From NCBI GenBank assembly GCA_963818475.1, contig CAWFSF010000005.1:352001-416000 (forward strand): a DNA stretch of 64,000 nt, in the 5' to 3' direction. Under the pieces are notes generated by a model that was given only the letters and a program-made list of their open reading frames with translations, did no database searches and was not told where the DNA came from. Position 1 is the stretch's first letter. Each line of letters begins with the position of its first letter. The stretch is from Nitrospirota bacterium. Lineage in GTDB: Bacteria; Nitrospirota; UBA9217. This document shows, piece by piece, positions 33,170 to 42,709 of the stretch. A program made the translations under genes and the position numbers.

Positions 33170-35533
33170 TCACTCCCTCGTCTTGAGCACCGCGACCAGA
33201 TCGAGGTGGTCCAATCGGTGGCGCACGATCAGACCGGAGAGGGACGCCGAGGCCAGCACCACCGCCGCGCCCAGGGCATAGGTCTGGTTTTCGAGCACCA
33301 CCGGCACCCGGAAGAGGTCCGACTCCACAGCGGTCACGATGTAGGCGCAAAGCGCGCGGCCAAGGGCGAACCCCAGCGGCAGGGCCGTCAGGGTAAGGGC
33401 CCCGAGCTCGCCCAGAAAGATATAGGAGATCTCGCCGCGCGTATACCCCAGCACGCGCAGGCTAGCGAGCTCGCGGCTCCGCTCGGAGAGGGATATCCGG
33501 GCGCTGTTGTACACAACACCGAAGGCGATGGTGCCGGAGAGGATCGTGGCGATGAGGGTGAAAAAGAGCATGGATTCGGCCTGCGTTTCGTAGAAATTCC
33601 TGATCTCATCCATCCGCACCGCGGTCCCCGCCACGCGCGGCATCTCGACCAGCTTCCGGTATACCGCGGGCTGCTCCCGGCTGTCCACGGTCAGGTAGGC
33701 GCCGGACACGAGGTCGCCCTCGCGCATCAGGCGGTTGAGCGCGCTCCGGTCCATGTAGCCCATGACGCCGATATACTGCTTTACCAGGGAGACCACCGGG
33801 ACCTGGCGCACGGGACGGTTCCCCTCCAGCACCTCGACGGTCAGCTGGTCACCGACCTTGATGCCGAGCATATCGGCCAGATAATCGGTCAGCACGATCC
33901 CGGATGGCGGGAGCTCGATGGGCTTGAGCCTGGTATCGAGGAGATAGTGGAGCCTGGTGCCGGGCTCGAAGCTCTGGATAATGGTCCGGTAGGTACGGTG
34001 ACCATACCGGAACCGCGCCGGCACGGTCCGGAAAGGCTCGACGTGCTCCACGCCGAAAAGCCCCTTCAGCTCGTGGATCGTCCTTCGCGCCGCAGGCTCG
34101 ATATAGGTGATCGTCATGTCCTCGCGCTGGGCCTGCCGGAACTGCACGTCGACCATGAAATCGACGGAGTCGTTGAAAAATCTGGCAGAGATCATGACCG
34201 CGCAGCTAAAGGATATGCCGACCACGGTCAGCAGGGCCTTGAACGGCTTTCGCTCGATGTTCCGGAGAACGATGCGCGTGGGCTGCGAGAGGACCTTCTC
34301 CAGGCCGATCTTTTCGAGAGTTGTTTTCTTGTAGCTCATCGGCGGCTCTGGCCGCATGGCCTGGGCCGGCGGAAGGAGCGCAGCCTGGCGCACTGCGCGA
34401 AGCGTGCCCAGAAGGGCCGAGCCCGCGGTGATCACGACGGCGGCAACAGCCACCGAGGGCCTGAGCTCGAAGTCGAAATAGGGAAAGCGGTAGAAATCCA
34501 TGTAGATCCCGCCGAGCCCCCTTCCGAGCCACACGCCGGCTGCAATGCCGGATGCGACGCCGATAAGGACGATAAAAAGCACGAGCTTCGTGTAATGCAC
34601 GCCCACGTCGAAGTTGCTGTAACCGACGGCTTTGAGCGCGGCGATCTGCTCGCGCTGCGTGCTCACCGTGCGGCTGATGACCACGTTCAAAAGAAAGGCG
34701 GCGACGCCGATAAAGATGGCCGGAAAGATCTCGGCGAAGCGCTCGAGCTGCCGGAACTCTTCGGTCAGGAACCGGTGGGACATCTGGTCCTTCCTGCCGA
34801 CCGCCCCGAACCCTCCGTAGCGGTCGAGGACCGCGTCGAGCCGGGTAATCACCTCGTCGATCTTTGCTCCCGGCGTAAGTGTAAGCACCACATCGTTAAA
34901 GGCCCCGTCCATGTCGTAGGCCGTGCCGAGCGCCTCGCGGCTCATCCAGAGAATGCCGTAGCGTTTGAAGTCCGGGCTGATGCCGCCCGGCTTTACCTGG
35001 AGAACGAATTCCGGCGAAAGCGCGATGCCGGTGATGACCAGGGTCTTCCAGCGGCCGTTGATCACCGCTCCAAAGGAATCACCGGGCTTGAACCCATGGG
35101 CCTGGGCAAAAGCATCGGAGACGACCACCTCGTTGTCCTTCGCGGAATCCACCATCCTGCCGGTCTTCAGATAGAGCCGGTTCAGGAGCGGGTTCCTGTT
35201 GTTCGGAACCGACATGAGCTTGGCCGTGACCGGCTCGTTGAACCCCTCGATGTCGAGCTTCACATCGGCTGCCACGCGCGTCTCCACCAGGTCCACGCCG
35301 GGGATCTCGCTGATGCGTTCTCTCAGGCTTTCGGGCGCGCGCTTCAGCGATCCGAAGACCTCGGCAAAGGCGAAGTCGCGGTAGAAGGCATCGCGCGTTT
35401 TATTGAGCGAATGCATGACGCTGATGAACATGACGAAGGTGGCCACGCCGCTCACGATCACGAGCACGATCGCCAGTGCCTGGCCCTTCATCAGCCAGAG
35501 GTCGCGCCAGAGTTTTATGTCGAGAGCCCTCAT
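33170..35533 (-). CDS. ABC transporter permease (duplicated MacB/FtsX type)
   Basis: KLWRDL, QREQIAALKAVGY and ERSRELASLRVLGY; 787 aa. Confidence 0.93.
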   Translation of the reverse strand: MRALDIKLWRDLWLMKGQALAIVLVIVSGVATFVMFISVMHSLNKTRDAFYRDFAFAEVFGSLKRAPESLRERISEIPGVDLVETRVAADVKLDIEGFNEPVTAKLMSVPNNRNPLLNRLYLKTGRMVDSAKDNEVVVSDAFAQAHGFKPGDSFGAVINGRWKTLVITGIALSPEFVLQVKPGGISPDFKRYGILWMSREALGTAYDMDGAFNDVVLTLTPGAKIDEVITRLDAVLDRYGGFGAVGRKDQMSHRFLTEEFRQLERFAEIFPAIFIGVAAFLLNVVISRTVSTQREQIAALKAVGYSNFDVGVHYTKLVLFIVLIGVASGIAAGVWLGRGLGGIYMDFYRFPYFDFELRPSVAVAAVVITAGSALLGTLRAVRQAALLPPAQAMRPEPPMSYKKTTLEKIGLEKVLSQPTRIVLRNIERKPFKALLTVVGISFSCAVMISARFFNDSVDFMVDVQFRQAQREDMTITYIEPAARRTIHELKGLFGVEHVEPFRTVPARFRYGHRTYRTIIQSFEPGTRLHYLLDTRLKPIELPPSGIVLTDYLADMLGIKVGDQLTVEVLEGNRPVRQVPVVSLVKQYIGVMGYMDRSALNRLMREGDLVSGAYLTVDSREQPAVYRKLVEMPRVAGTAVRMDEIRNFYETQAESMLFFTLIATILSGTIAFGVVYNSARISLSERSRELASLRVLGYTRGEISYIFLGELGALTLTALPLGFALGRALCAYIVTAVESDLFRVPVVLENQTYALGAAVVLASASLSGLIVRHRLDHLDLVAVLKTRE

Positions 35534-35539
35534 AGATTC

Positions 35540-35702
35540 ATTTCGGATTGCGGATTGCGGATTTCGGATTTCGGATTAAATACCACAGCACTCAACTATT
35601 CACTTCTTTTCACTTCATTTCGGATTAAAATGCAGCCGTACGGTACGCGAAGGTTCATGCCGTTGTCCTTCATTCCGCAATCCGCAATCCGAAATCCGCA
35701 AT
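35540..35702. repeat. inverted tandem heptamer repeat
   Basis: (ATTKCGG)n at 35540-35577 and complementary (CCGMAAT)n at 35672-35702; short copy at 33149-33165. Confidence 0.85.
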
Positions 35703-35706
35703 AGAA

Positions 35707-36459
35707 TCACCATCTCAGCTCACCCGGCGGTTTCCTGACCGAGTTCCTGGAGACTTCGGCAATAAGGCCGTTGCGCAGATGTACCACCCGGTCGGCCATG
35801 CCCGCGATGTCCACGTTGTGCGTGATGATGACCGTGGCGGTCCCCAGCTCGCGGTTCACCCGCTCCAGGGCTTCGAGCACGACCACGCCGGTCTGGGAAT
35901 CGAGCGCGCCGGTCGGCTCGTCGCAGAGCAGGACCTCGGGGTTCTTCGAGATCGCCCGGGCAATGGCGATGCGCTGCTGCTCGCCGCCTGAAAGCTGGGC
36001 CGGGAAATGATCGAGCCGCTCGGCAAGGCCCACGAGTCCGAGGGCATCTTCGGGCCTCATCGGGTTCCGCGCGATCTCTGTCACTACTGCAACATTTTCC
36101 CGCGCCGTGAGGCTCGGAATGAGATTATAGAACTGGAACACGAACCCCACATGAAAGCGGCGGTATTCGGTAAGCTCTTTCTCCGTGGCCCGCGTCAGGT
36201 CCCTTCCGCAATAGGTCACCCGGCCTCCGCTCGCCGTGTCGAGCCCGCCGAGGATGTTCAGGAGCGTTGACTTGCCGCTGCCCGAGGGGCCGAGCAGCAC
36301 GACCAGCTCGCCTGCGGAAAGCTCCAGGTCGATGCCGCGCAGGGCCTGGACCTTGATCTCCCCCATAGCGTATATCTTGGTCAGCCCCTGCACCTGAAAA
36401 ACCGGGTATTCAGGCCCCGTTTTTTTTTGAACAGCTTCCCGCGTTGATGATCCGTTCAT
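35707..36459 (-). CDS. ABC transporter ATP-binding protein
   Basis: [30 protein letters not shown]. Confidence 0.96.
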   Translation of the reverse strand: MNGSSTREAVQKKTGPEYPVFQVQGLTKIYAMGEIKVQALRGIDLELSAGELVVLLGPSGSGKSTLLNILGGLDTASGGRVTYCGRDLTRATEKELTEYRRFHVGFVFQFYNLIPSLTARENVAVVTEIARNPMRPEDALGLVGLAERLDHFPAQLSGGEQQRIAIARAISKNPEVLLCDEPTGALDSQTGVVVLEALERVNRELGTATVIITHNVDIAGMADRVVHLRNGLIAEVSRNSVRKPPGELRW

Positions 36460-36676
36460 GCGACCTCGTATATTCCTATGTTAAGTATACCTGAAAATAT
36501 GATTTGATCGGGAGACGGGAAACGGCGTGAGCAGGTCTTTACGCGGGTGAACCTATGAAAATCTTTGACACGGAAGAGGCGGATTAACCTCGGATAAAAG
36601 CAAAGAGATTTGAGGGGAAAATGAGAGCACGCAAGAAAGGGTGACAAGGGGATAGATGGCGGTGAAAAAAAAATAC

Positions 36677-37088
36677 TTTTTTTTGCATATCCCCTTCGTG
36701 GCCTGAATGAATTTCTTGACCCGTCTAAGGCCACGTCCGCTCGCCCGGTGATAAAGCACCCTCTCCTTTTTCCCTCTCCCCTCGAGGGAGAGGGCTGGGG
36801 TGAGGGGCGGTTTTAGTGCTTCGGCCTCAAACAGTGCACGTTCGCCCTGCGGGACGCTCCCTTAGGCCAAGACGGGTGCCCAAGAAATTCATAGGGCCGC
36901 TCCGGGAATATGCGGGGTTTGGGTGGGTCAGACCCTCAGAGCAGTCCCATGCGGAAATTTAGCCAGGCGACCGAGTCCGAGGGTGAAGCATTTCGGACTG
37001 TCTGAGCCCGAAAAGCGAGTTTCCGAAATGTACCGAGGACGACCGAGCATGGCGTGAAGAATTTTCGCCGGGTGCCCTTCTTGGGCAC
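36677..37088 (+). repeat. composite structured repeat (R2+R1) carrying a nested REP
   Basis: Matches 31295-31710 inverted; nested ccctctcccctcgagggagaggg...gtgagggg at about 36758-36807, also seen at 44647-44695. Confidence 0.92.
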
Positions 37089-37114
37089 TCTCTATCTCCT
37101 ACGCGCCCCGAGCC

Positions 37115-37705
37115 TCAGCCCCTCTTCCGATACCGGAAACAATCAACAACATGGTCGTTGACCATGCCGACAGCCTGCATGAAGGCATAGCAGATGGTCG
37201 GTCCGACGAACTTGAAGCCCCTTTTTTTGAGTTCTTTGCTCATGGCCTCGGCCTCAGGTGTCGTTACGGGTATCGCTGCAAGACGTTGGCATGCGTGGCG
37301 GATCTGCTTTCCGCCCACGAAGCGCCAGAGATACGCATCCAGCGAGCCGAACTCCTTCTGGACCTCCAGGACCAGCCTGGCGTTGATTATGGCGGCATCG
37401 ATCTTTAGCCGGTTGCGAATGATACCTTCATTCTTCAGCAGCCGCTGCGCGTCCCGGGTCGTGAACCGCGCCACGACCGCGGGGTCGAAACCCTTGAAGG
37501 CCTTGCGATAGTTCTCGCGCTTCTTGAGCACCGTTGACCAGGACAACCCGGCCTGCGCGCCCTCCAGCACGAGGAACTCGAAGAGCTTCCGGTCGTCGTG
37601 GAGCGGCACGCCCCATTCCTCGTCATGATAGGCGATCATCAGCGGATCGTCGGACGTCCATGAGCACCGTTTGACATTTTTCTTCATGGTAACAGTTTCC
37701 ATCAT
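37115..37705 (-). CDS. tag: DNA-3-methyladenine glycosylase I
   Basis: RCSW, YHDEEWG, LEGAQAGLSW, IIRNRLKI, GFKFVGPTICYAFMQAVGMVNDH..DC. Confidence 0.96.
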   Translation of the reverse strand: MMETVTMKKNVKRCSWTSDDPLMIAYHDEEWGVPLHDDRKLFEFLVLEGAQAGLSWSTVLKKRENYRKAFKGFDPAVVARFTTRDAQRLLKNEGIIRNRLKIDAAIINARLVLEVQKEFGSLDAYLWRFVGGKQIRHACQRLAAIPVTTPEAEAMSKELKKRGFKFVGPTICYAFMQAVGMVNDHVVDCFRYRKRG

Positions 37706-38173
37706 TCGCTGCTTATTCCTCGGCCCGTTTATTCAAGTGCCAGAAATTCCTCCGGAGTCAACACCGGGTGCCGATCAGCCCGGTAATCCGCCTTGTTCCT
37801 GGTGATCAGACAGTCGGCCCGGACATGGAGCGCTGAATAATACTGCACCGCGTCCTCGAAGTCCTTGAAGGTAGAGGCGAGTGAAAGGTCGATTGCCTTT
37901 CACCGGCATTTCTCCGCAAGATGCTTCCGATATCCCGCTCGCAGCTGCGCGGCATCCTGCTTGCCCGATAACACGCCCGAGACCTCGTACAGGACCGGCG
38001 ATTCCCTCGCCTCCTAGTGTGACGTACATATTATATATTTATATACGTTTCATATCAAATTCTTCTCGAACGTAAATAGACAAAACCGGAGAGGATTTCA
38101 CCTCGGCACGTCACCGCTCAAACGCTGCGCAACGGGTTGCACAACTCAACTTTCCAATAGGGGTCTTCCAGAA

Positions 38174-38435
38174 ATTTTTTTTGCACATCCCCTTCGCGGT
38201 CTGAACACTCGCGGAGTGCAGGCGAAATTTTGGACCCAAAAATTTCGTAGGCCGCTCCAGGGACGTGCGGGGTTTGGGTAAGGATTTTAAATTGTTTCCC
38301 GTGTGGAATTTAGCCAGGCGACCGAGTCCGAGGGTGAAGCATTTCGGACTGTTTGAGCCCGCAGGGCGAGTTTCCGAAATGTACCGAGGGCGATCAAGCA
38401 TTGCGTTAAGAATTTTCTCCGGGTGCCATTCTTGG
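38174..38435 (+). repeat. composite structured repeat, internally shortened copy
   Basis: Retains both R2 ends (ttgcacatccccttcgcg; ccgctcc...gcggggtttgggtaagga) and most of R1. Confidence 0.88.
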
Positions 38436-38623
38436 GGGGTATGGGAGTAGGTATGATCCAGGTCGTATTTTTCTTTATTTTAGAACAGCATAATAGGTAT
38501 AGGGAGAACAGCTCCATTCTCCCCTTTGCTGATCCTGATGGAAAGGAATGCAGATCGGACCGGATGTGCAGGCAAACCATTGATGAGGCCGTCTCACCAG
38601 GCGGTCGCAGGAAAGGGGGAGAT

Positions 38624-39007
38624 ATGAACAGAATTGCCGGATTGTTCATCAAGGCAGCAGTGATCTATGGCGTCGCTGGGTTGACACTGGGGGTGTACAT
38701 GGGCGCAACGCAGCAGCTCTCGCTCATGTCCGTGCATTCCCATCTGAGCCTGCTCGGGTGGGTGACTCTCGGTCTGTGCGCAATGTACTATCAGCTGGTC
38801 CCCGGGGCCGCGACAACAGCGCTGGCAAGGGTCCATTTCTGGACAGCCAATATCGGCCTGATTGTACTCGCCCTGAGCCTCGTGCTGAAGGCCCAGGGTG
38901 TTTCAGCAGCCGAGGCAGGAGCGGGAATCGGTTCCGTGGTCTCCCTTGCCGCGCTGGCGATCTTCGCGGTCATCGTGTTCCGCACGGCGGGAACGAAGGC
39001 GGCCTGA
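38624..39007 (+). CDS. four-TM membrane protein with conserved His (HSHLSLLGW)
   Basis: G..LGVYMG, VHSHLSLLGW and HFWTANIG resemble heme-copper oxidase subunit I fragments. Confidence 0.75.
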   Translation: MNRIAGLFIKAAVIYGVAGLTLGVYMGATQQLSLMSVHSHLSLLGWVTLGLCAMYYQLVPGAATTALARVHFWTANIGLIVLALSLVLKAQGVSAAEAGAGIGSVVSLAALAIFAVIVFRTAGTKAA

Positions 39008-39248
39008 TGGCCTCTGGAACGAAGAACCGATGCAACCATTCAGGTCGGAGAGGCGATCTCTCCGGCCTTTGATTTTGGCTTTTTGAAATAAAGGAAACAT
39101 GATGGATACTGACAAAAGTACCGCCAAAGGCAAGCGCGGCGTGGACTTCCCATTCGCATTTCGCATCGCTAATAAGATCGCCCCCCCTCTTCTCACTTCT
39201 GCAAAACATCTGCATCCCTGATCCCTGCAAAATCAGCACGTTACTCTT

Positions 39249-39264
39249 TGGCATGACTGATGCA
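39249..39264 (+). promoter_or_regulatory. sigma54 (-24/-12) promoter candidate
   Basis: TGGCAT-GACTG-ATGCA with canonical GG-N10-GC spacing, 40 nt upstream of ATG. Confidence 0.6.
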
Positions 39265-39303
39265 GTTACCAAGGCAAGACAGAACGAAAAGGAGGACACG
39301 AAA

Positions 39304-39609
39304 ATGAAAAGCGCGAATGATAAAACAGGAATGAAGATCGGGGCATTGGTCGGCGGGCTGGTGTTTGCAGTATTCGGGATCGTGCCGGGCTTCTACTTCG
39401 GGTCCTACGGGACGTTGCTCCTTCTCCACAAGCTGATGGGTACCGTGGAGCCGACACTCTTCGTGCGGGCAGCAGTGATCTGCGGGAGCCTGATCGGAAT
39501 CGCCTCTGCAGCGGTGGTGAGCCTGGTTATCGGGGGCCTTGCCGGCATGGCGCTGGGATATGTCGTATCAGCTCCGGCAGCAATGCGGCAGGCTGCGCCA
39601 AAAGCATAG
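39304..39609 (+). CDS. small Gly-rich membrane protein
   Basis: RBS aggagg; FGIVPGFYFGSYG; followed by a terminator. Confidence 0.75.
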   Translation: MKSANDKTGMKIGALVGGLVFAVFGIVPGFYFGSYGTLLLLHKLMGTVEPTLFVRAAVICGSLIGIASAAVVSLVIGGLAGMALGYVVSAPAAMRQAAPKA

Positions 39610-39644
39610 GATCGCGGAACTCAAAAACCGGTGCATCGATAAAT

Positions 39645-39671
39645 AAGGCGGTGAGAGATCACTGCCTTTTC
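39645..39671 (+). terminator. intrinsic terminator
   Basis: aaggcggtga-gaga-tcactgcctt-tt. Confidence 0.7.
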
Positions 39672-39782
39672 TGTTTGGCAATGATGAAACCTGCTCCGAA
39701 GTTCCCGTTTATCGTCAAGTAGTAAGTCCAGTTCGGACAAAACGGCCCCAAAGTTCTTCAACGATAAGGGACAGAATCTTTT

Positions 39783-40724
39783 TCACAAATTATCGTAAGA
39801 ATTGACACCATTGCCTCTTCTTTTCAACTCATTGCTGTAACGTAATCCAACTGAGGCTGCATTATCCTTCAGCCACACCGACAACTTCGTCTTCCCAGTT
39901 GGCTGCGATTCCGTGTAAAGAAGGTCAGCCATGAGCCCTCGGATCTCATCGTATGTAATCGTAACATCATGCTGGAGCATACCGACAAACTTGCCGAGCA
40001 AATAGCCCTTGATCGGCGGTACCTGAATGATCGGCCTTCGTTTGCCTATCGCCTTTCCTATCTCTCGTGCCAGCTCACGATAAGTGAATGTCTCCGGACC
40101 AATGGCATCGATTATGACATTTTCCGTTTTTTTACCCTGCTCTACTGCCAGTTCTGCGAGATCATCAACAAAGATAGGCTGCAGTCGATACTTTCCGTCA
40201 CCGAAAACACCGAAGACCGGGAACCTTCTCAGGAACCAGGCGATATTATTGATCAGAATATCTTCTTTGCCGAATAAGACTGCCGGTCGCAGTATCGAAT
40301 AGGACAGCCCTGATTCGATTATCGCTTTTTCCAGTTTGGCTTTTCCGCTGAAATATTCGAACGGTGAGTCGAGCGAAGGATTGGTAATGCTGACATGAAC
40401 AATGCGTTTGATGCCGGCCTGTTTTGCAGCATCGAACAGTTTCAGGCTATTCTCCACTGCCTGTGCATACGAGAAGTTCCGGTGATTGAATCTCACCCAA
40501 TAATTGTTATACAGAACTGAAGCGCCGGTCAGCGACTCGATCAGTTTTTGTGGATTGTTGAAATTGTAAGGATAGGCAGTGACCCTGCCCTGAAAAGGGT
40601 TCTCACGATCGAATGAATTTGTCAGCGTCCGAACGGTATACCCGGCAGCGAGCAGACGTTCTGTTATGTATTTGCCTGAAAAGCCGTATGCGCCGGTGAC
40701 CACGTGTATCGTCTGGGATTCCAT
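39783..40724 (-). CDS. NAD(P)-binding SDR / NDUFA9-like epimerase
   Basis: VTGAYGFSG, YFSGK, ILRPAVLFG, QPIFVDD. Confidence 0.9.
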   Translation of the reverse strand: MESQTIHVVTGAYGFSGKYITERLLAAGYTVRTLTNSFDRENPFQGRVTAYPYNFNNPQKLIESLTGASVLYNNYWVRFNHRNFSYAQAVENSLKLFDAAKQAGIKRIVHVSITNPSLDSPFEYFSGKAKLEKAIIESGLSYSILRPAVLFGKEDILINNIAWFLRRFPVFGVFGDGKYRLQPIFVDDLAELAVEQGKKTENVIIDAIGPETFTYRELAREIGKAIGKRRPIIQVPPIKGYLLGKFVGMLQHDVTITYDEIRGLMADLLYTESQPTGKTKLSVWLKDNAASVGLRYSNELKRRGNGVNSYDNL

Positions 40725-40741
40725 AGCACCCTCCGCTTTCG

Positions 40742-41266
40742 TTACTTTTTCTTCCCAAGTCCGAGGAAGTTCCGTTTTAGGTCTTCCAGGGTCAGCAGCA
40801 TGCCGACAAGCTGATCCATGGTGGAAATGAAATCCTCAAGTTTTTTCAGCCTTTCGACTGCAAAAGCCGTTTCTGCGCTCTTCACCTTCTTGTGAACTTC
40901 TTCGCCCTTTTTTCGGAGTCCGCCGATGGACCCGAGGGCCTGATCAAACTCCTTCTTTTCACGCTCCTTCAACACTCCCCTGATGATCTTCCAGAAGTCT
41001 GTTTCGGCCTCGTAGAAATCCTTCCGATCTCCCTTTACCCAGACTTGCCGGACCATGTTCCACCGTTCCAAAGCACGGATGTTAATGCTCACATTGCCCT
41101 TGCTGATGGAGATACTTTCCGCCATTTCGTCGAGGGTCAGAGACTTCGGAGAGAGATAGAGCAGGCCGTACAGCTGGCCCATGATCTTGCTGAACCCCCA
41201 AAAAGCCGTAATCCTGCCCATAGTTTCCATGGTGCCGTGCTGAAGTTCATGAACGTGATCCGTCAT
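40742..41266 (-). CDS. GbsR/MarR family transcriptional regulator
   Basis: WGFSKIMGQLYGLLY, ISKGNVS, GDRKDFYEAETD.W. Confidence 0.9.
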   Translation of the reverse strand: MTDHVHELQHGTMETMGRITAFWGFSKIMGQLYGLLYLSPKSLTLDEMAESISISKGNVSINIRALERWNMVRQVWVKGDRKDFYEAETDFWKIIRGVLKEREKKEFDQALGSIGGLRKKGEEVHKKVKSAETAFAVERLKKLEDFISTMDQLVGMLLTLEDLKRNFLGLGKKK

Positions 41267-41610
41267 GCTGCCTCCTTTTTTGCACATCTGTTACTTCCTT
41301 GCCTTTGAACTTGCGGAGAGCTCGCCAGGTCCCATGAGGCCCTCCTTGCTTTTTGTACGTTTAGAACTTTCTAAACATACTATACTTACGATATATCTAC
41401 TTGTCAAGGGAGAAATTATCAAGGCGTCGTAGGCGTAAATAGAAATGGCCGAAGAGTTTTTCTCTTCGGCCATGAACATTCAAGAAGTGAGCAACCGGTG
41501 CAAACAATGACTTACAGGAATTTTAAATGTTGCAATTGTCAAAATACAAGACGTGTCTATAGATCCCCTTCCCGCACCTTTACGCGGCAATGTCCTCAAG
41601 GATCTCGGGC

Positions 41611-42039
41611 TCAACGAGCTTGGCGAGGAGCGTGAGCGAGTCCTCCCACCCGAGATAACAGGCATCGACCGGGATGGCGGCGGGAATGCCCTCCTGCACG
41701 ATGTCTCACCTCGGTCCCGACCGAGACCTTCCTGAGCTGCACCGTCGTCACCATCTCGCCTGCCAGGCCGGGATCGTCGAACCGGTCCGTGTACACCAGC
41801 CGCTCGTTCGGGACCAGTTCGATAAACTCACCGTGGAACGAATGGCTCTTGCCCGTCGTGAAGTTGGTGAACGACATCCGATAGGACCCGCCCTTTTTCG
41901 GGTCAAGCTGGTGGACCTTTCCCGTGAATCCGTCGGGCGGCAGCCATTTGGCCATGGCATCTGCATCGAGGAACGCGCGATACACCCGCTCAGGCGCGGC
42001 GCGCAGCACGCGATGAAGTTTCACAGTACCTGTAGTCAT
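41611..42039 (-). CDS. SRPBCC (AHSA1/START) family protein; 3' end frameshifted
   Basis: LHRVLRAAPERVYRAF, KWLPP.GF, ELVPNERLVYTD.FDDP. Confidence 0.88.
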   Translation of the reverse strand: MTTGTVKLHRVLRAAPERVYRAFLDADAMAKWLPPDGFTGKVHQLDPKKGGSYRMSFTNFTTGKSHSFHGEFIELVPNERLVYTDRFDDPGLAGEMVTTVQLRKVSVGTEVRHRAGGHSRRHPGRCLLSRVGGLAHAPRQAR

Positions 42040-42108
42040 GGATTACCTCCTTCCACTGTCTATCTATTATTTTCCTGAAAAGGAAAAACCGGGCGTGCAC
42101 AGAGAACT

Positions 42109-42195
42109 ATCCTTCGGCAGCCCGGCTTTCTTTTCCTGCGAAAAGATCCGTTACTTTCCGCTCCCTCTTCACAGAGGGTTTGGCTTTATCGGGAC
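42109..42195 (-). promoter_or_regulatory. c-di-GMP-I (GEMM-I) riboswitch with overlapping terminator (42084-42125)
   Basis: Minus strand GCCAAACCctct-GTGA-agagGGAGCGGAAAGt...GGATC...AGCCGGGCTGCCGAA, then gcccgg-ttttt. Confidence 0.8.
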
Positions 42196-42222
42196 AAGCT
42201 GATAGTCACTACTCTGCGCTTT

Positions 42223-42393
42223 CTATGCGGCCTTTGCCTTGCGGATATACTTCTCGGGATTATCCATGAACAGCTCCTTGTCGCTTTCGTCGCAGAAGTA
42301 ATAGGTATGTCCCTTGTACTCGGACTTTATCTCATCAGTTTTCACATTCATGCCGCATACAGAACATTTCTCCGCTTTTTTCAGATCGGTCAT
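42223..42393 (-). CDS. YHS domain protein
   Basis: CSVCGM...YKGHTYYFC....KELF..NPEKY. Confidence 0.85.
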   Translation of the reverse strand: MTDLKKAEKCSVCGMNVKTDEIKSEYKGHTYYFCDESDKELFMDNPEKYIRKAKAA

Positions 42394-42709
42394 GATTCTA
42401 TCTCCTTTCATACATTCGCATTCCGTGCTCATGCTCAATTCATCAGCACCGCACGGAAGCGGGCTTTGTTCGACATCATCCGGTCCTCATATAAAAATTA
42501 TAGACAGGGACCACTACGTCGTCAAGGTGGTCGAAAGTCTGAGAAAACAGGTTAGTGAGGGCAATACGAAAAAGGGAGGATGACCTTAACTCTTACTTCC
42601 CGTTCTGCAATTAAAACGCTAAGCCGGAATCAAGGAGGAAATATCCCGGTCGGAAGCGGAATCCCGGCAGGCGAATTTTTAGGTATAATTCTAACGAAGG
42701 AGGAGAGAC

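Noticed and set aside
33206-35704. 832-aa plus-strand ORF and similar long antisense ORFs (4064-5206, 58482-59537)
   Set aside because: Shadow frames of well-supported GC-rich genes on the opposite strand, with no recognisable motifs
14267-38435. Repeats as a CRISPR array
   Set aside because: Copies are long, dispersed and in both orientations; no regular repeat-spacer period and no cas genes
38560-38612. Second GEMM riboswitch at ggcaaacc
   Set aside because: Lacks the downstream GACGCAAAG/GGAAAG and GCCG elements
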